The translations under genes were made by a program, and so were the position numbers. A stretch of DNA of 32,000 bases from Opitutales bacterium (lineage in GTDB: Bacteria; Verrucomicrobiota; Verrucomicrobiia; Opitutales; PNEW01). The stretch spans positions 1,560,001 to 1,592,000 of the forward strand of contig CBDCNV010000001.1 in assembly GCA_965219535.1 (NCBI GenBank), given 5' to 3'. The notes beneath the pieces are model-generated. The model worked only from the letters and a program-made list of their open reading frames with translations. It was not told the origin of the DNA and made no database searches. Shown here one piece after another: positions 16,381 to 25,760 of the stretch; within the stretch, counting starts at the first letter, position 1, and each line of letters opens with the position of its first letter.

Positions 16381-19257
16381 TCAAGGTAGATCGGTGTCCG
16401 TTTGGAAGAGTCCAATATAGGGTTTGGGCGTAATGGCGGCAGCTCTGGCATTATCAGGGTGTAAAAGCTCTTTTGCAAAAGCGTTTACTTTTTCCACCGT
16501 CACCGAGGCGACAATATCGTTTTTGACCGCGATTGCGTCTTCAATTGTTTCTGGTTTTTCCTGGGCGCGTTTAAGGACAAAATCTAGAAGAAACTCATTG
16601 GAGCGAAAAGCCTGGCGTGTCTTGATTTTAACCGGTCCAATCGCACCTGTGACTTCTGCATTGGATAATCCATTTTCAGCAATCTCTTTTGAAATTCCTA
16701 AAATCGCCTGAGCGAGATCCGGCGCGTGTTCTGGTGAAGAATCAATTTTTGCTTCGATTGCGGCGAACTCAGGGTATTCACGATAGGATAAAAACTCGGC
16801 CTTAGGGCTGTAGCTCACTCCCAGGTCTTCGCGTAATCGTTCCCACAATCGTCTTTCGATAACTCCGCTGAGTACTTGCAATGCGATGCGATCCTGCAGC
16901 GTCAAATAACGATTGATCGGCCAGTATCCGACAACCATTGCCTGATGCTCCTGACCTGTAAATTCGAGCTGTCGATAACCTGCGGGCGCTATGATTTTAA
17001 CTTCGCGGTTGGGGGCTGTGTTTTTCTTTTCAAGACGCCGGTCTTTTAAAGCGCCGAGGGTTTGTGACATGTTGTCGATGACCTGTTCTTTAGTAATATC
17101 ACCGACGATGCTAACATCAATATAACCGTGGTTGAGAGGATATTCGAGCCAATCTCGGACATCATTGACGCTGACGACGGTATAGTCATTTCTTGTTCCC
17201 CAGGCAAAACGGCCGTCGCCTTCAAAGAGGTAACTCTGAAATTCGCGATAGCCGTCCTGGATGCCAATCGAAGATGACATGCGATAACGAACGGCACCCA
17301 TAATCGCGTTTTCATAACTGAAGCGATAGATGGTAGGTTTGTGAAGATACTCCGTTATAATACCGAGGAAATATTCAAGATCCTCGCTCCCCATGGTTCC
17401 TCTGAAGCTGAATGCATCGTGGTCCGCTAGATCAAAACCGAAATTAATCATCGCCGAATTGATAATTGATGAGATCTGATAAGGTTCATATCGATTCGTC
17501 CCACCGTAGAGAAATGCCTGGAGTGCAAATTCTCGAAGTCCGGGGATGTTTTTATCAAGGTCGAAAAAACCGCCGCCTATACGCACGTTGACGCGCACGA
17601 CGCCAGGTTCAAGATGAGATTCGATAAAGTTTAAGCGGACGTTGTTATCAAAGCGCATCAGATGAGCATCGATTTCAGGGACAGTTTTTGTATGGACTAC
17701 GACACCGGTTTTTCCCCACATAACCGGTTCAAATTCGAAGTCAGACTGAAACTGAAACTTGCTTAGACTGACAGGATCTTTTCGACCTTTAGAGATTGTT
17801 TTTTTTATCTTATCTGAGCCGTCCTCAATGTTGACTTCACCCGCAATATGAAAGGCCATATGCTCAAGATCCCATGTTTCCTTAAATGAACGGTGAATGG
17901 ACTTTTTATTCAATTCCTCAAGAAATTTGGTCTCCCATAATAGATTCTGATTATAACCCAAAAAAACCGTATCATCGGTGACGGATTTTACGATTGATTC
18001 ACAGATTCTCGAGGGGTCCATTTTAGGATAGAGAGAACTCAACTTTTGCGCCCGGAATAATTTACGGGAGCGGTGAAATTCAAGATCCTTTTCTTCAAAA
18101 CCTTTATTATATGTATAACGGATAACTCTATCCAGTGCACGAATACCTTCCTCCCATCGTTTTCCGCTGACTTCGATCGAAGCAACCGCGGCGTCATGTC
18201 CGAAATAATTTATGAATCCAGCCCCGCCTTTTGAACCGTATGGAATAGTTTCACCCAAACGCTGCTGTAAGAGTTCAAGGCCAAATTTCTGGTTGAAGGC
18301 CAGTCGCTTGGACTCGAAAGATTCTGATTTTTTGCGTGTGGGATTAACCGATGCAGCGCGAATGTTGGCAGAACCGACATGAGAAATTCTGAAAGCGTCG
18401 GCATCAATTGAACGCGAATTCTTCAATCTTCCGATATTACGTTTGGGCAGAGGGGTAGTCGGCTTTTTTATCGTGTCGAAGTATTCCTCAAATAAAACAT
18501 CCAGTTTTAGAGCATCAATATCGCCGACGGCGACCAAGACCATGAGATCGGGGCGGTACCATTTACGGTGAAATTTTATAAAATTATCTCGTTTTAAGCT
18601 TTTTATGCTTTGTGGTGTTCCGATCGGCATTCGGTCTGTTAGCGTCAGTCCCTTGAAAAAAGTCTGGTATGAAGCTACTTCAGCGCGGTAAGCCAGTCCA
18701 TCACGACTGCGAAGTTCACTTAAGATAACGTTGCGTTCCTTATCGATTTCAGAAGCTTCGAAAAGGATACCGTCTGCGATGTCGCGTAAAAATAAAAGAC
18801 CTTTCCTCAAAAGTGCTTCGTCGCTCTCCCAGAATTCAAGTCCGTAAATTGTATGATCAAAAGTAGTGAAAGCGTTAACGTCGTGCCCGAGTTCCATCCC
18901 AAGTAACTGAAAAAAAGAGGCGAGTTCACCCGCTTTAAAATGTTCAGTACCATTAAAAGCCATATGCTCAATGAAATGGGCGATTCCCAGTTCTTCATCC
19001 GTCTCTTCGATTGATCCGGTAAGGACGAGGAGCTTCATGGCAACACGGTCTGGAACCCCGGGGTGTTCGAGGATAGCGTATCGTAATCCGTTAGGCATCT
19101 TTCCCCAGAGCACACGCTTGTCAGGAGGTAAGCGGCTTCGCTCATGCGCCCAGGAAAGATTCCAATCCCCCACGGCCGCGTTTATAGGATCGGTAGTAAA
19201 GAGACCGAGAAAGGATAAGATTAATAGATACTTAAAAGTTATCCGAAACCTACCCAT
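16381..19257 (-). CDS. M16-family (pitrilysin/insulinase) zinc peptidase, secreted, fused two-unit form
   Basis: Inverted zinc motif HxxEH in 'HFIEHMAFNGTEHF'. N-terminal signal peptide 'LLILSFLGLFTTDPINA'. The 958-aa length is consistent with duplicated M16 halves. Confidence 0.9.
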   Translation of the reverse strand: MGRFRITFKYLLILSFLGLFTTDPINAAVGDWNLSWAHERSRLPPDKRVLWGKMPNGLRYAILEHPGVPDRVAMKLLVLTGSIEETDEELGIAHFIEHMAFNGTEHFKAGELASFFQLLGMELGHDVNAFTTFDHTIYGLEFWESDEALLRKGLLFLRDIADGILFEASEIDKERNVILSELRSRDGLAYRAEVASYQTFFKGLTLTDRMPIGTPQSIKSLKRDNFIKFHRKWYRPDLMVLVAVGDIDALKLDVLFEEYFDTIKKPTTPLPKRNIGRLKNSRSIDADAFRISHVGSANIRAASVNPTRKKSESFESKRLAFNQKFGLELLQQRLGETIPYGSKGGAGFINYFGHDAAVASIEVSGKRWEEGIRALDRVIRYTYNKGFEEKDLEFHRSRKLFRAQKLSSLYPKMDPSRICESIVKSVTDDTVFLGYNQNLLWETKFLEELNKKSIHRSFKETWDLEHMAFHIAGEVNIEDGSDKIKKTISKGRKDPVSLSKFQFQSDFEFEPVMWGKTGVVVHTKTVPEIDAHLMRFDNNVRLNFIESHLEPGVVRVNVRIGGGFFDLDKNIPGLREFALQAFLYGGTNRYEPYQISSIINSAMINFGFDLADHDAFSFRGTMGSEDLEYFLGIITEYLHKPTIYRFSYENAIMGAVRYRMSSSIGIQDGYREFQSYLFEGDGRFAWGTRNDYTVVSVNDVRDWLEYPLNHGYIDVSIVGDITKEQVIDNMSQTLGALKDRRLEKKNTAPNREVKIIAPAGYRQLEFTGQEHQAMVVGYWPINRYLTLQDRIALQVLSGVIERRLWERLREDLGVSYSPKAEFLSYREYPEFAAIEAKIDSSPEHAPDLAQAILGISKEIAENGLSNAEVTGAIGPVKIKTRQAFRSNEFLLDFVLKRAQEKPETIEDAIAVKNDIVASVTVEKVNAFAKELLHPDNARAAAITPKPYIGLFQTDTDLP

Positions 19258-19318
19258 CGATTTTAAAATATATATATAAAAGGAACATTGCGAAAATAGA
19301 GATTATATCTGATAAGCT

Positions 19319-19356
19319 TTAGGCACAATCCGAATTCCGCAAACCGAAATCCTCAA
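19319..19356. repeat. CAATCCG-type heptamer tract directly upstream of a start codon
   Basis: Sequence is 'TTAGGCACAATCCGAATTCCGCAAACCGAAATCCTCAAATG'. The 13-mer TTAGGCACAATCC recurs exactly at 28326-28338. Confidence 0.6.
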
Positions 19357-19370
19357 ATGTTATAAGGCCT

Positions 19371-19883
19371 ATGCGCTTACTACTTATAATCAGCTTAATT
19401 GTCGGGATTATTTTACAGGTGTATTATTTTACCGCGCTCTCGGACAAGGTAGCCATTAATTTTGGATCGGGGGGGCAACCCAATAGCTGGACGTCCAAAG
19501 AATGGAATATGGGGATTACGATTACAATATACCTTATCAATTCCTTAATGTTCCTGTCGGTTCCTCTGATAATGAATAAAATCCCGCTAAAATACATTAG
19601 CTTCCCGAAAAAGGAATACTGGCTGGCCGATGAAAGAAGGAATGAAAGTCTTCCCATTATGGAAAGCTGGTTGAGCTTTTTTGGTCTTTTAACAAATGTC
19701 TTCATAATATTTGTCGTGCACCTCGTTTATGAAGCAAATATTTCAAATCCGGTTATATTGAATGAACCCCAATTTTTATTGGGGATCGTTTTATATTTAC
19801 TACTAATGGTGATATGGATAGTATTGCTGTTTAAGAAATTTAATAAGACCCATTCGATTGCGGATCGAGGGATGTCGGGCTAA
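19371..19883 (+). CDS. Small integral membrane protein (DUF1648/SdpI-N-terminal-like)
   Basis: Four hydrophobic segments. The N-terminal 'ALSDKVAINFGSGGQPNSWTSKEW' resembles the DUF1648 'HF..G.P..W' motif. The last ~6 codons run into repeat element sequence. Confidence 0.55.
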   Translation: MRLLLIISLIVGIILQVYYFTALSDKVAINFGSGGQPNSWTSKEWNMGITITIYLINSLMFLSVPLIMNKIPLKYISFPKKEYWLADERRNESLPIMESWLSFFGLLTNVFIIFVVHLVYEANISNPVILNEPQFLLGIVLYLLLMVIWIVLLFKKFNKTHSIADRGMSG

Positions 19884-20168
19884 GCCCTCGGTACGGAATG
19901 CGGAATGCAGATTGAGCTAATGCGAATATGCGTGTACGCGATCATGCGGAAGTAGTGATCAGTGAAGCTTCGTCTTCGTCCTTCCTGTTATTTACTACAA
20001 TATCAAAGTGGAACGCACTGCGATTTGGTTGGGCTCATCGTAACCCTGTCCGCACCATCTTGTCATTTTAAGGGAGGTGTTAACCGACCACAGCAATGAC
20101 AAGAGGATGAGTATAAAAATAAGGATTATCTTCGAATAGCGTAAGGTTCAATCCGCGATCCGCAATTG
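19867..20168. repeat. Composite palindromic intergenic element, copy C
   Basis: The left box 19867-19897 matches 30513-30543 at 27/31 positions. GGAATG/GATTG heptamers span 19891-19916. The central hairpin pairs CTTGTCATT (20059-20067) with AATGACAAG (20095-20103). The right arm CAATCCGCGATCCGCAATTG (20149-20168) abuts the korB stop. Confidence 0.6.
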
Positions 20169-21083
20169 TTACAGCATTTCCTTAATCAGATTATCTGCCT
20201 GTTCTTTGGATATCCCGAGCTTGCGGTGGGCGAGTGGTCCACCTTCATCAAGTACGGGTTCTAGTTCCTCAAGGGAAGGTAGATCATCGCGCTTCCAGAT
20301 GAGACCAATGGGGATTTCCTCACCCCACATGTAACCCTTATCTAAACTGGCGTGGAAATCAGTGGGATTGTAACCTTCCTCTTCTTCCAGGATTTTGACG
20401 CGTGGATTGAACCATTTGTACGTGTTATCATTATTGTATGTCACGCAAGGACTGAAAACATCGACGAAAGAAAATCCCCTGTGTTCAATTGCCCCTTTAA
20501 GTATATCAACGAGGTGTTTCTGTTTGCCACTGAAGGCGCGTGCCACGTAGGTGGCCCCGCCCACGATTGCCATCGGTATGGGGTTAATTGGATTCTCGAC
20601 GCTGCCATGCGGGGTCGACTTGGTTTTCATTCCCTTGGAGCTCGTAGGTGATACCTGGCCTGTAGTGAGACCGTAGATCTGGTTGTCCATAACGATATAA
20701 GTCAGATCTACATTGCGACGCATAGTATGTACAAAATGGTTACCGCCAATGCCAAAGCCATCACCGTCCCCACCGGTGGCGATCACTTTTAATTTATGAT
20801 TACCCAGTTTGGCCCCCGTTGCGACCGCCAGACCCCGTCCGTGTAAAGTATGCATGCCGTAAGAATTGATAAAACCTGGAAGGTTGGAGGAACAGCCGAT
20901 ACCGCTTACTACAAGTACCTCATGGGGATTAAGGCCAAGTTCAAGAAGCGCTTTTTTCATTGCGTTGAGAACGGAAAAATCACCACAGCCCGGACACCAA
21001 TCCGGGTGGATTTTTCCCTCGTAGCTGTCCTTCTCTAGTTTTCCCTCAGTTACTGTTGTCGTGTTATTAACTACTGTGCTCAT
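20169..21083 (-). CDS. korB: 2-oxoacid:ferredoxin oxidoreductase, beta (TPP-binding) subunit
   Basis: Motifs 'CPGCGDFSVLNAM' and the TPP motif 'GGDGDGFGIGGNHFVH'. It lies 18 nt downstream of the alpha-subunit gene. Confidence 0.9.
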   Translation of the reverse strand: MSTVVNNTTTVTEGKLEKDSYEGKIHPDWCPGCGDFSVLNAMKKALLELGLNPHEVLVVSGIGCSSNLPGFINSYGMHTLHGRGLAVATGAKLGNHKLKVIATGGDGDGFGIGGNHFVHTMRRNVDLTYIVMDNQIYGLTTGQVSPTSSKGMKTKSTPHGSVENPINPIPMAIVGGATYVARAFSGKQKHLVDILKGAIEHRGFSFVDVFSPCVTYNNDNTYKWFNPRVKILEEEEGYNPTDFHASLDKGYMWGEEIPIGLIWKRDDLPSLEELEPVLDEGGPLAHRKLGISKEQADNLIKEML

Positions 21084-21101
21084 TCTATTATTATTAAGGT
21101 G

Positions 21102-22907
21102 TTATAAGATTAATTCGTGGACAGGAACGGAGTGGTTGGTTTTTCCTTCCAGTTGCTCTTTAACCGCGTTCACGATGTGGTGTGGCATGAAAGGTTCTCC
21201 ATCATATTTTCGGATGTGACCATCGGCGTCAAATCCTGTTTCGGAGCGGAGATAACGTGCGAATTGGCCGCTATAATTATTTTCTATGATGATCACTTTT
21301 TTACTCTTTGAAAGTATACGTGTGATTTCTTCTGCATGGAAAGGGATTATCCATCTAATCTGTAATTGACTGACGACAATGCCTTCCTCTCCCGCTAATT
21401 TCTCAATCGCCTCAAGTATCACCCCATCAGTCGACCCCCAGCCCACAAGCGTGACTTCCGCCTTTTCGGGACCGATCAGTTTGGGTGGCTCTATCTGGGC
21501 GAGAACTGTTTCCATTTTACGCGCCCGCTTTTCGACCATCATCTGGCGCTTGTGCGGGTTGGTAAATTCATCACTGATGATTACGCCATCTTCATCGTGT
21601 TCGTCAGTGGCCGCGACAAAAATGTGGCCGGGAACACCGGGGATCGCACGCGGGGAAATTCCACTCTCCGTGTTTTTAAAGCGAAGATAACTATCGTCGT
21701 TATAACCACCAAAAGGATTATCTGTACTGCCATTGCCATTGGGGAAGATCATCTCTCCGCGATCGATCTCAACATTGAAATCGAGTTCATCGGGGTCGAC
21801 ACTGGCCGTGCCTTCCGAGATTAATAAGTCCGCGAGGACAAGACCGGGGCACTGGTACTTGTCCGTTAAATTGAAGAGTTCGGGGATGGTTTTAAATAAG
21901 TCAAGCTGACTGGTCGGCGCGACAATAAGTTTAGGATAATCACCCTGACCGGCGCCGAGAAACTGCCAGAGGTCACCTTGTTCTGTCTTCGTGGGGACCC
22001 CCGTGGCTGGACCCGCACGCTGAACATCAACACAGACCATAGGGGTTTCAATCATCCCGGACATACCGACAGCCTCTGACATGAGGGCAAAGCCTCCGCC
22101 GGAAGTGGCACACATCGCCCGACAACCGGTATGGGCCGCTCCTATGACCATATTCATGACACCAATTTCATCCTCTACCTGGCGCACCATAATACCCAAT
22201 TCGCGGGCGTGACTAGCCATATACATGAGAACACCCGTTGACGGGCTCATCGGGTAGGCGGCGTAAAACTTAACACCGGCCGCGATCCCGCCGAGGGCGG
22301 TTGCATCATTACCGGTCAGAACCGCTTGACCCTTGCCTACGACCGGCACTTTAAAAGGAAAGGCCGTAAAATTATCAGCCGCATAATCGTAAGCCCCCTT
22401 GGCGATTCCTACATTCGAGGCTACTACCTCGTCCCCTTTTCTTTTAAAAATTTTCTCTAAGGCATCTTCGAGAGCCTGGAATTCAATTCCCAGCATCTGC
22501 AAAGTAGCTGCGATAGCTACGGTATTTCCCGCGAGGCGGTTCCCTTGGATTAGTTCCTTCAGGGGTAAGGGGCAGATCTGTACGCCTTCAGCAGGAGTAC
22601 CGGGTTTGATTTTATCAACGTCAAAAAGCACACAGGCACCCGCATTGAGATGCTTGAGGTGCCTGTCCATCGTATCCTGATTTAAGGGAATCATTACATC
22701 CCACTTATCGCCCATATTGCGTACCGGTTTATCGCTGGCGCGAATAGTAAGAAAAGTATGCCCACCTCGAATGAGGGATTGATAGGAATTGTAAGCGTTT
22801 AAATTAAGGCCTCGTCGTGCAAATATACGCGCGAGGATGTTTCCTGGAGTGGCGATGCCCTGACCGGCTGCTCCGCCAATTCCTATTGAAAAATCTATTT
22901 TTGCCAT
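21102..22907 (-). CDS. korA: 2-oxoacid:ferredoxin oxidoreductase, alpha subunit (fused gamma-alpha type)
   Basis: 'GGAAGQGIATPGNILA' marks the N-terminal gamma-like domain. The 'AAYPMSPST' motif and the 601-aa length are typical of two-subunit KorAB enzymes. Confidence 0.9.
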   Translation of the reverse strand: MAKIDFSIGIGGAAGQGIATPGNILARIFARRGLNLNAYNSYQSLIRGGHTFLTIRASDKPVRNMGDKWDVMIPLNQDTMDRHLKHLNAGACVLFDVDKIKPGTPAEGVQICPLPLKELIQGNRLAGNTVAIAATLQMLGIEFQALEDALEKIFKRKGDEVVASNVGIAKGAYDYAADNFTAFPFKVPVVGKGQAVLTGNDATALGGIAAGVKFYAAYPMSPSTGVLMYMASHARELGIMVRQVEDEIGVMNMVIGAAHTGCRAMCATSGGGFALMSEAVGMSGMIETPMVCVDVQRAGPATGVPTKTEQGDLWQFLGAGQGDYPKLIVAPTSQLDLFKTIPELFNLTDKYQCPGLVLADLLISEGTASVDPDELDFNVEIDRGEMIFPNGNGSTDNPFGGYNDDSYLRFKNTESGISPRAIPGVPGHIFVAATDEHDEDGVIISDEFTNPHKRQMMVEKRARKMETVLAQIEPPKLIGPEKAEVTLVGWGSTDGVILEAIEKLAGEEGIVVSQLQIRWIIPFHAEEITRILSKSKKVIIIENNYSGQFARYLRSETGFDADGHIRKYDGEPFMPHHIVNAVKEQLEGKTNHSVPVHELIL

Positions 22908-23134
22908 AATGTTTTAACTTTATTTTCCCCCCTGACCTGCCAATAGCACGACAGGCCAGTTAAAAAGGTCTGATATATAAAGATTATTATTTTGCTTACA
23001 AGTGAGATGATCAATGAAAAAAAACCAGAATTGGCGAAAGTATTGAAAATTAGCTGATTTTCTTCACATTCAAGGGATGGCTTTTCTCTAACCTGACACC
23101 TAAAAGCTCAAACTTAACACAGCCATTGCACTGA

Positions 23135-25699
23135 TTACGGCCCCTCAATCTCTGAAATGACATTGATTTTCCATCCGTTAATATTGGAAAAAGAGACATC
23201 AATGCCAATGTTCTGCGAGGGCAACAGCGTCCCATCAGACTTAAAGTTGCTTTGTGTAATCAAAGTATTAAACCCCGGGGTTTCTGAGCCGCTCGCGGCG
23301 ACAATGATAGAAGCACCATTGCTTTGAACCAGGTCACCTCCCGTGATCCGCAATCCGGCATTAGGGGCATCTACGGTAAATGATTCTTCACCAAAGCGCA
23401 GGTACGGCACGGCGTCCTCGGACGCGTCAATATCTCCGATAAGGACACGGATGGCAACCGGCACACCGAGTGCATCAATCCCTACTTTCCCCGAAGATCC
23501 GGTAAAACGTGTATTCGCGCAATGAATAGCGCCGAACCCAATGGAGTTTCTAATTTCTAAAAGGGAGACATCCGCCATAGCGTCGTAGATTTCCCCTTCG
23601 AGAAACAGCGCTTTGTTATCGGCGTTAATTGATCCTACTGTGTATATGCTTAAAAAAGTATTTTCGTCCGCACTCTCAACTGATACGCGTGCCCGCCCTT
23701 TAGCGTACATCACGCTCTGATTATATTTTTCGGGTAGAGTAACTAAAGGTAATTGATTTGAGTCGAGCGCAATCGTGACCACTGCGTTACCGGAAAATTC
23801 CACTTGCACAATATCATCGTTTTCATCGAGAAAAGCGACGCGTGTGATTTCGTCTGTCCTGGCACGCAGCATGGCAAATGGACCCGTAAGCAGCACCTGG
23901 TTGTATACATTCCCATTGTGGTGGACAATGTTCTCACCGACAACATTACCCCATCCTTTAATTATAATATCATCTTCCTGATCCTGGCTACTATCGATGG
24001 TTTCTATATCGGTAACATTAATTTCAACATAACCGGTATTGTTATTTTCATCCCCTTCATTTATTTGCTCAAATGGATCGATAATATAACCCAGGTAATA
24101 AGTCCCCGGTTCGGTAACTTCTGGAATAATGACTTCGTAATAGTTTCCCTCGGGACTACCCGTTGATAATTTCACCCCCGTGAAGTTTATTAAATTCATA
24201 TCTTTGGTCGTGATATTATTATCTTCAGAAAAGTAGAGGCCGTGAACAAATTCACCGGTAATTTCTCCACCCTTATTGCTCCGGGAGAAATCAACTAACA
24301 ATTTTTCGCCCGCCAGCACCGAGTTGCTCACCACGTTAAGTGAATTCACAACGAGGTCTGGTAGTAGAGCCGTCTCTTGAAAATCGAGATGGAATTCATA
24401 AGAACCGATACCATCGTCACTGTAGTGACTGACCAGAATATAATAAGTCCCGGGATCAACTTGATTCGAGAGGAGAAAATTACTGCCCGAAACGGGGTCA
24501 GCAGCAAGGGAGCTAAAGTTCCCCAAGGTTTTTTGGCGGACTTCATCGGAGTCCGTATTCTCAAATGTATTTGTATTTCCTGTCGTAAATCTAGGTTTTG
24601 CGTTCCCACGATTTCTTCCCGCGCCACTTTCATCATCAATTGCGATTATGTTTCCAAAACCATTTTGTAATATTCCAATTGTGTCTGTCTTTCCAGTAGT
24701 GAAGGCTGAGAGGGTGCCAGGTTTATTTACTTCGATGCGAAAGTAATCCAAGTCAGAAGTCGTTTCGATATCTCCGACTATCGTACTGTTTTGAAACACG
24801 GTAGTAGCGGTGTCGCGGGAATCTCCGTGATCGTCTGTGGGTGAGGATTGAGTATCAGATTCAGCAGATTTTATTAATTCAGAAACCTCCTGATCGATGC
24901 CTAAGGCAAATAATTGTTCGTTGGGGATTTCACCGACCACGAGGCCTATTACCGCCCAGTCGGTCGTTCCGTCGGGTAGGGTAATGAGTCCATAGACAGG
25001 TCCGCCGCTATTTCCGGGGCCGGTTGAAAGGTCACTTGTTTTATAAAAACGCCGTGTGTTATTTAACCGGTCATTATAGTTAACGAGATTAAAATCAGCC
25101 GCACTGCCCAGTAAACTGGTCGAATGCATCGTATCGAGTCTGGGATCAAAAAATCCGTAACCGAGATCGGGATAACCAACAATCATTTTTAAAAAACTCC
25201 TCTCGATCAAGTTGCTGCCCCATCCCGCGTGACCACCATTAGCTACATCTTCGAAAAACAGGAGACTGATAACATCCAGATTTATTTGCTCAAACGAAGT
25301 ATTCCCTTTACCCGGATCAAAAAGGCGCGTCGCTTTTGCATAATCAGAAAATGAACGGTAGGAGCGAGCAGTCAGCTTAAAGTTTCGATTTGTCGGTGAA
25401 TGCTGCGGATTCCAATTAAAAGGGCCCGGTCGCCAGTCCACCGTCTCGTTATCAAAAAAGACATGGGAGACGGAAAGGACTACTTTATCCGCTATCGCGG
25501 TGCCCGAACCTTCGCCTAAGGACGAAGAAACCTTCCCTCCCATGTTAAAGGGGTATTCAAAAATTTGATCGTCGGGTAGCGGAAGAGGAACCTTTTGCGC
25601 ATGCAAAGGGAGAAAACAGTTAAGGATAAAGTAAACAATAACCGTCAACAAGTATCGATGACACGAAAATAAGGGTGATTTTATCTGATCGTTAGGCAC
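23135..25699 (-). CDS. Secreted multidomain serine protease: S1 (trypsin-like) + PPC + CARDB + shared ~277-aa C-terminal module
   Basis: A GTG start precedes the signal peptide 'LLTVIVYFILNCFLPLHA'. The catalytic triad contexts are 'VLSVSHV' (His79), 'NLDVISLLF' (Asp142) and 'GPGNSGGPVYG' (Ser231).

The PPC-like region has 'DDHGDSRDTAT...DLDYFRIEV...PGTYYILVSHY'. The CARDB-like region has 'LPDLVVNSL...PGTYYLGYIIDPFEQINEGDENNN'. The C-terminal 277 aa are homologous to those of the 9679 and 11411 ORFs. Confidence 0.85.
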   Translation of the reverse strand: MPNDQIKSPLFSCHRYLLTVIVYFILNCFLPLHAQKVPLPLPDDQIFEYPFNMGGKVSSSLGEGSGTAIADKVVLSVSHVFFDNETVDWRPGPFNWNPQHSPTNRNFKLTARSYRSFSDYAKATRLFDPGKGNTSFEQINLDVISLLFFEDVANGGHAGWGSNLIERSFLKMIVGYPDLGYGFFDPRLDTMHSTSLLGSAADFNLVNYNDRLNNTRRFYKTSDLSTGPGNSGGPVYGLITLPDGTTDWAVIGLVVGEIPNEQLFALGIDQEVSELIKSAESDTQSSPTDDHGDSRDTATTVFQNSTIVGDIETTSDLDYFRIEVNKPGTLSAFTTGKTDTIGILQNGFGNIIAIDDESGAGRNRGNAKPRFTTGNTNTFENTDSDEVRQKTLGNFSSLAADPVSGSNFLLSNQVDPGTYYILVSHYSDDGIGSYEFHLDFQETALLPDLVVNSLNVVSNSVLAGEKLLVDFSRSNKGGEITGEFVHGLYFSEDNNITTKDMNLINFTGVKLSTGSPEGNYYEVIIPEVTEPGTYYLGYIIDPFEQINEGDENNNTGYVEINVTDIETIDSSQDQEDDIIIKGWGNVVGENIVHHNGNVYNQVLLTGPFAMLRARTDEITRVAFLDENDDIVQVEFSGNAVVTIALDSNQLPLVTLPEKYNQSVMYAKGRARVSVESADENTFLSIYTVGSINADNKALFLEGEIYDAMADVSLLEIRNSIGFGAIHCANTRFTGSSGKVGIDALGVPVAIRVLIGDIDASEDAVPYLRFGEESFTVDAPNAGLRITGGDLVQSNGASIIVAASGSETPGFNTLITQSNFKSDGTLLPSQNIGIDVSFSNINGWKINVISEIEGP
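23138..23968 (-). other. Shared C-terminal module, copy 3 (residues 578-854), most divergent copy
   Basis: Blocks 'ITRVAFLDENDDIVQVEFSGNA', 'GDIDASEDAVPYLRFG', 'GLRITGGDLVQSNGASII' and 'PGFNTLITQSNFKSD'. Confidence 0.8.
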
Positions 25700-25760
25700 G
25701 TCCGATTGTTCTTTTGGTTTTATTCCTCTAGAGACATTAAATTAAGCGTTAAGTACCCTA

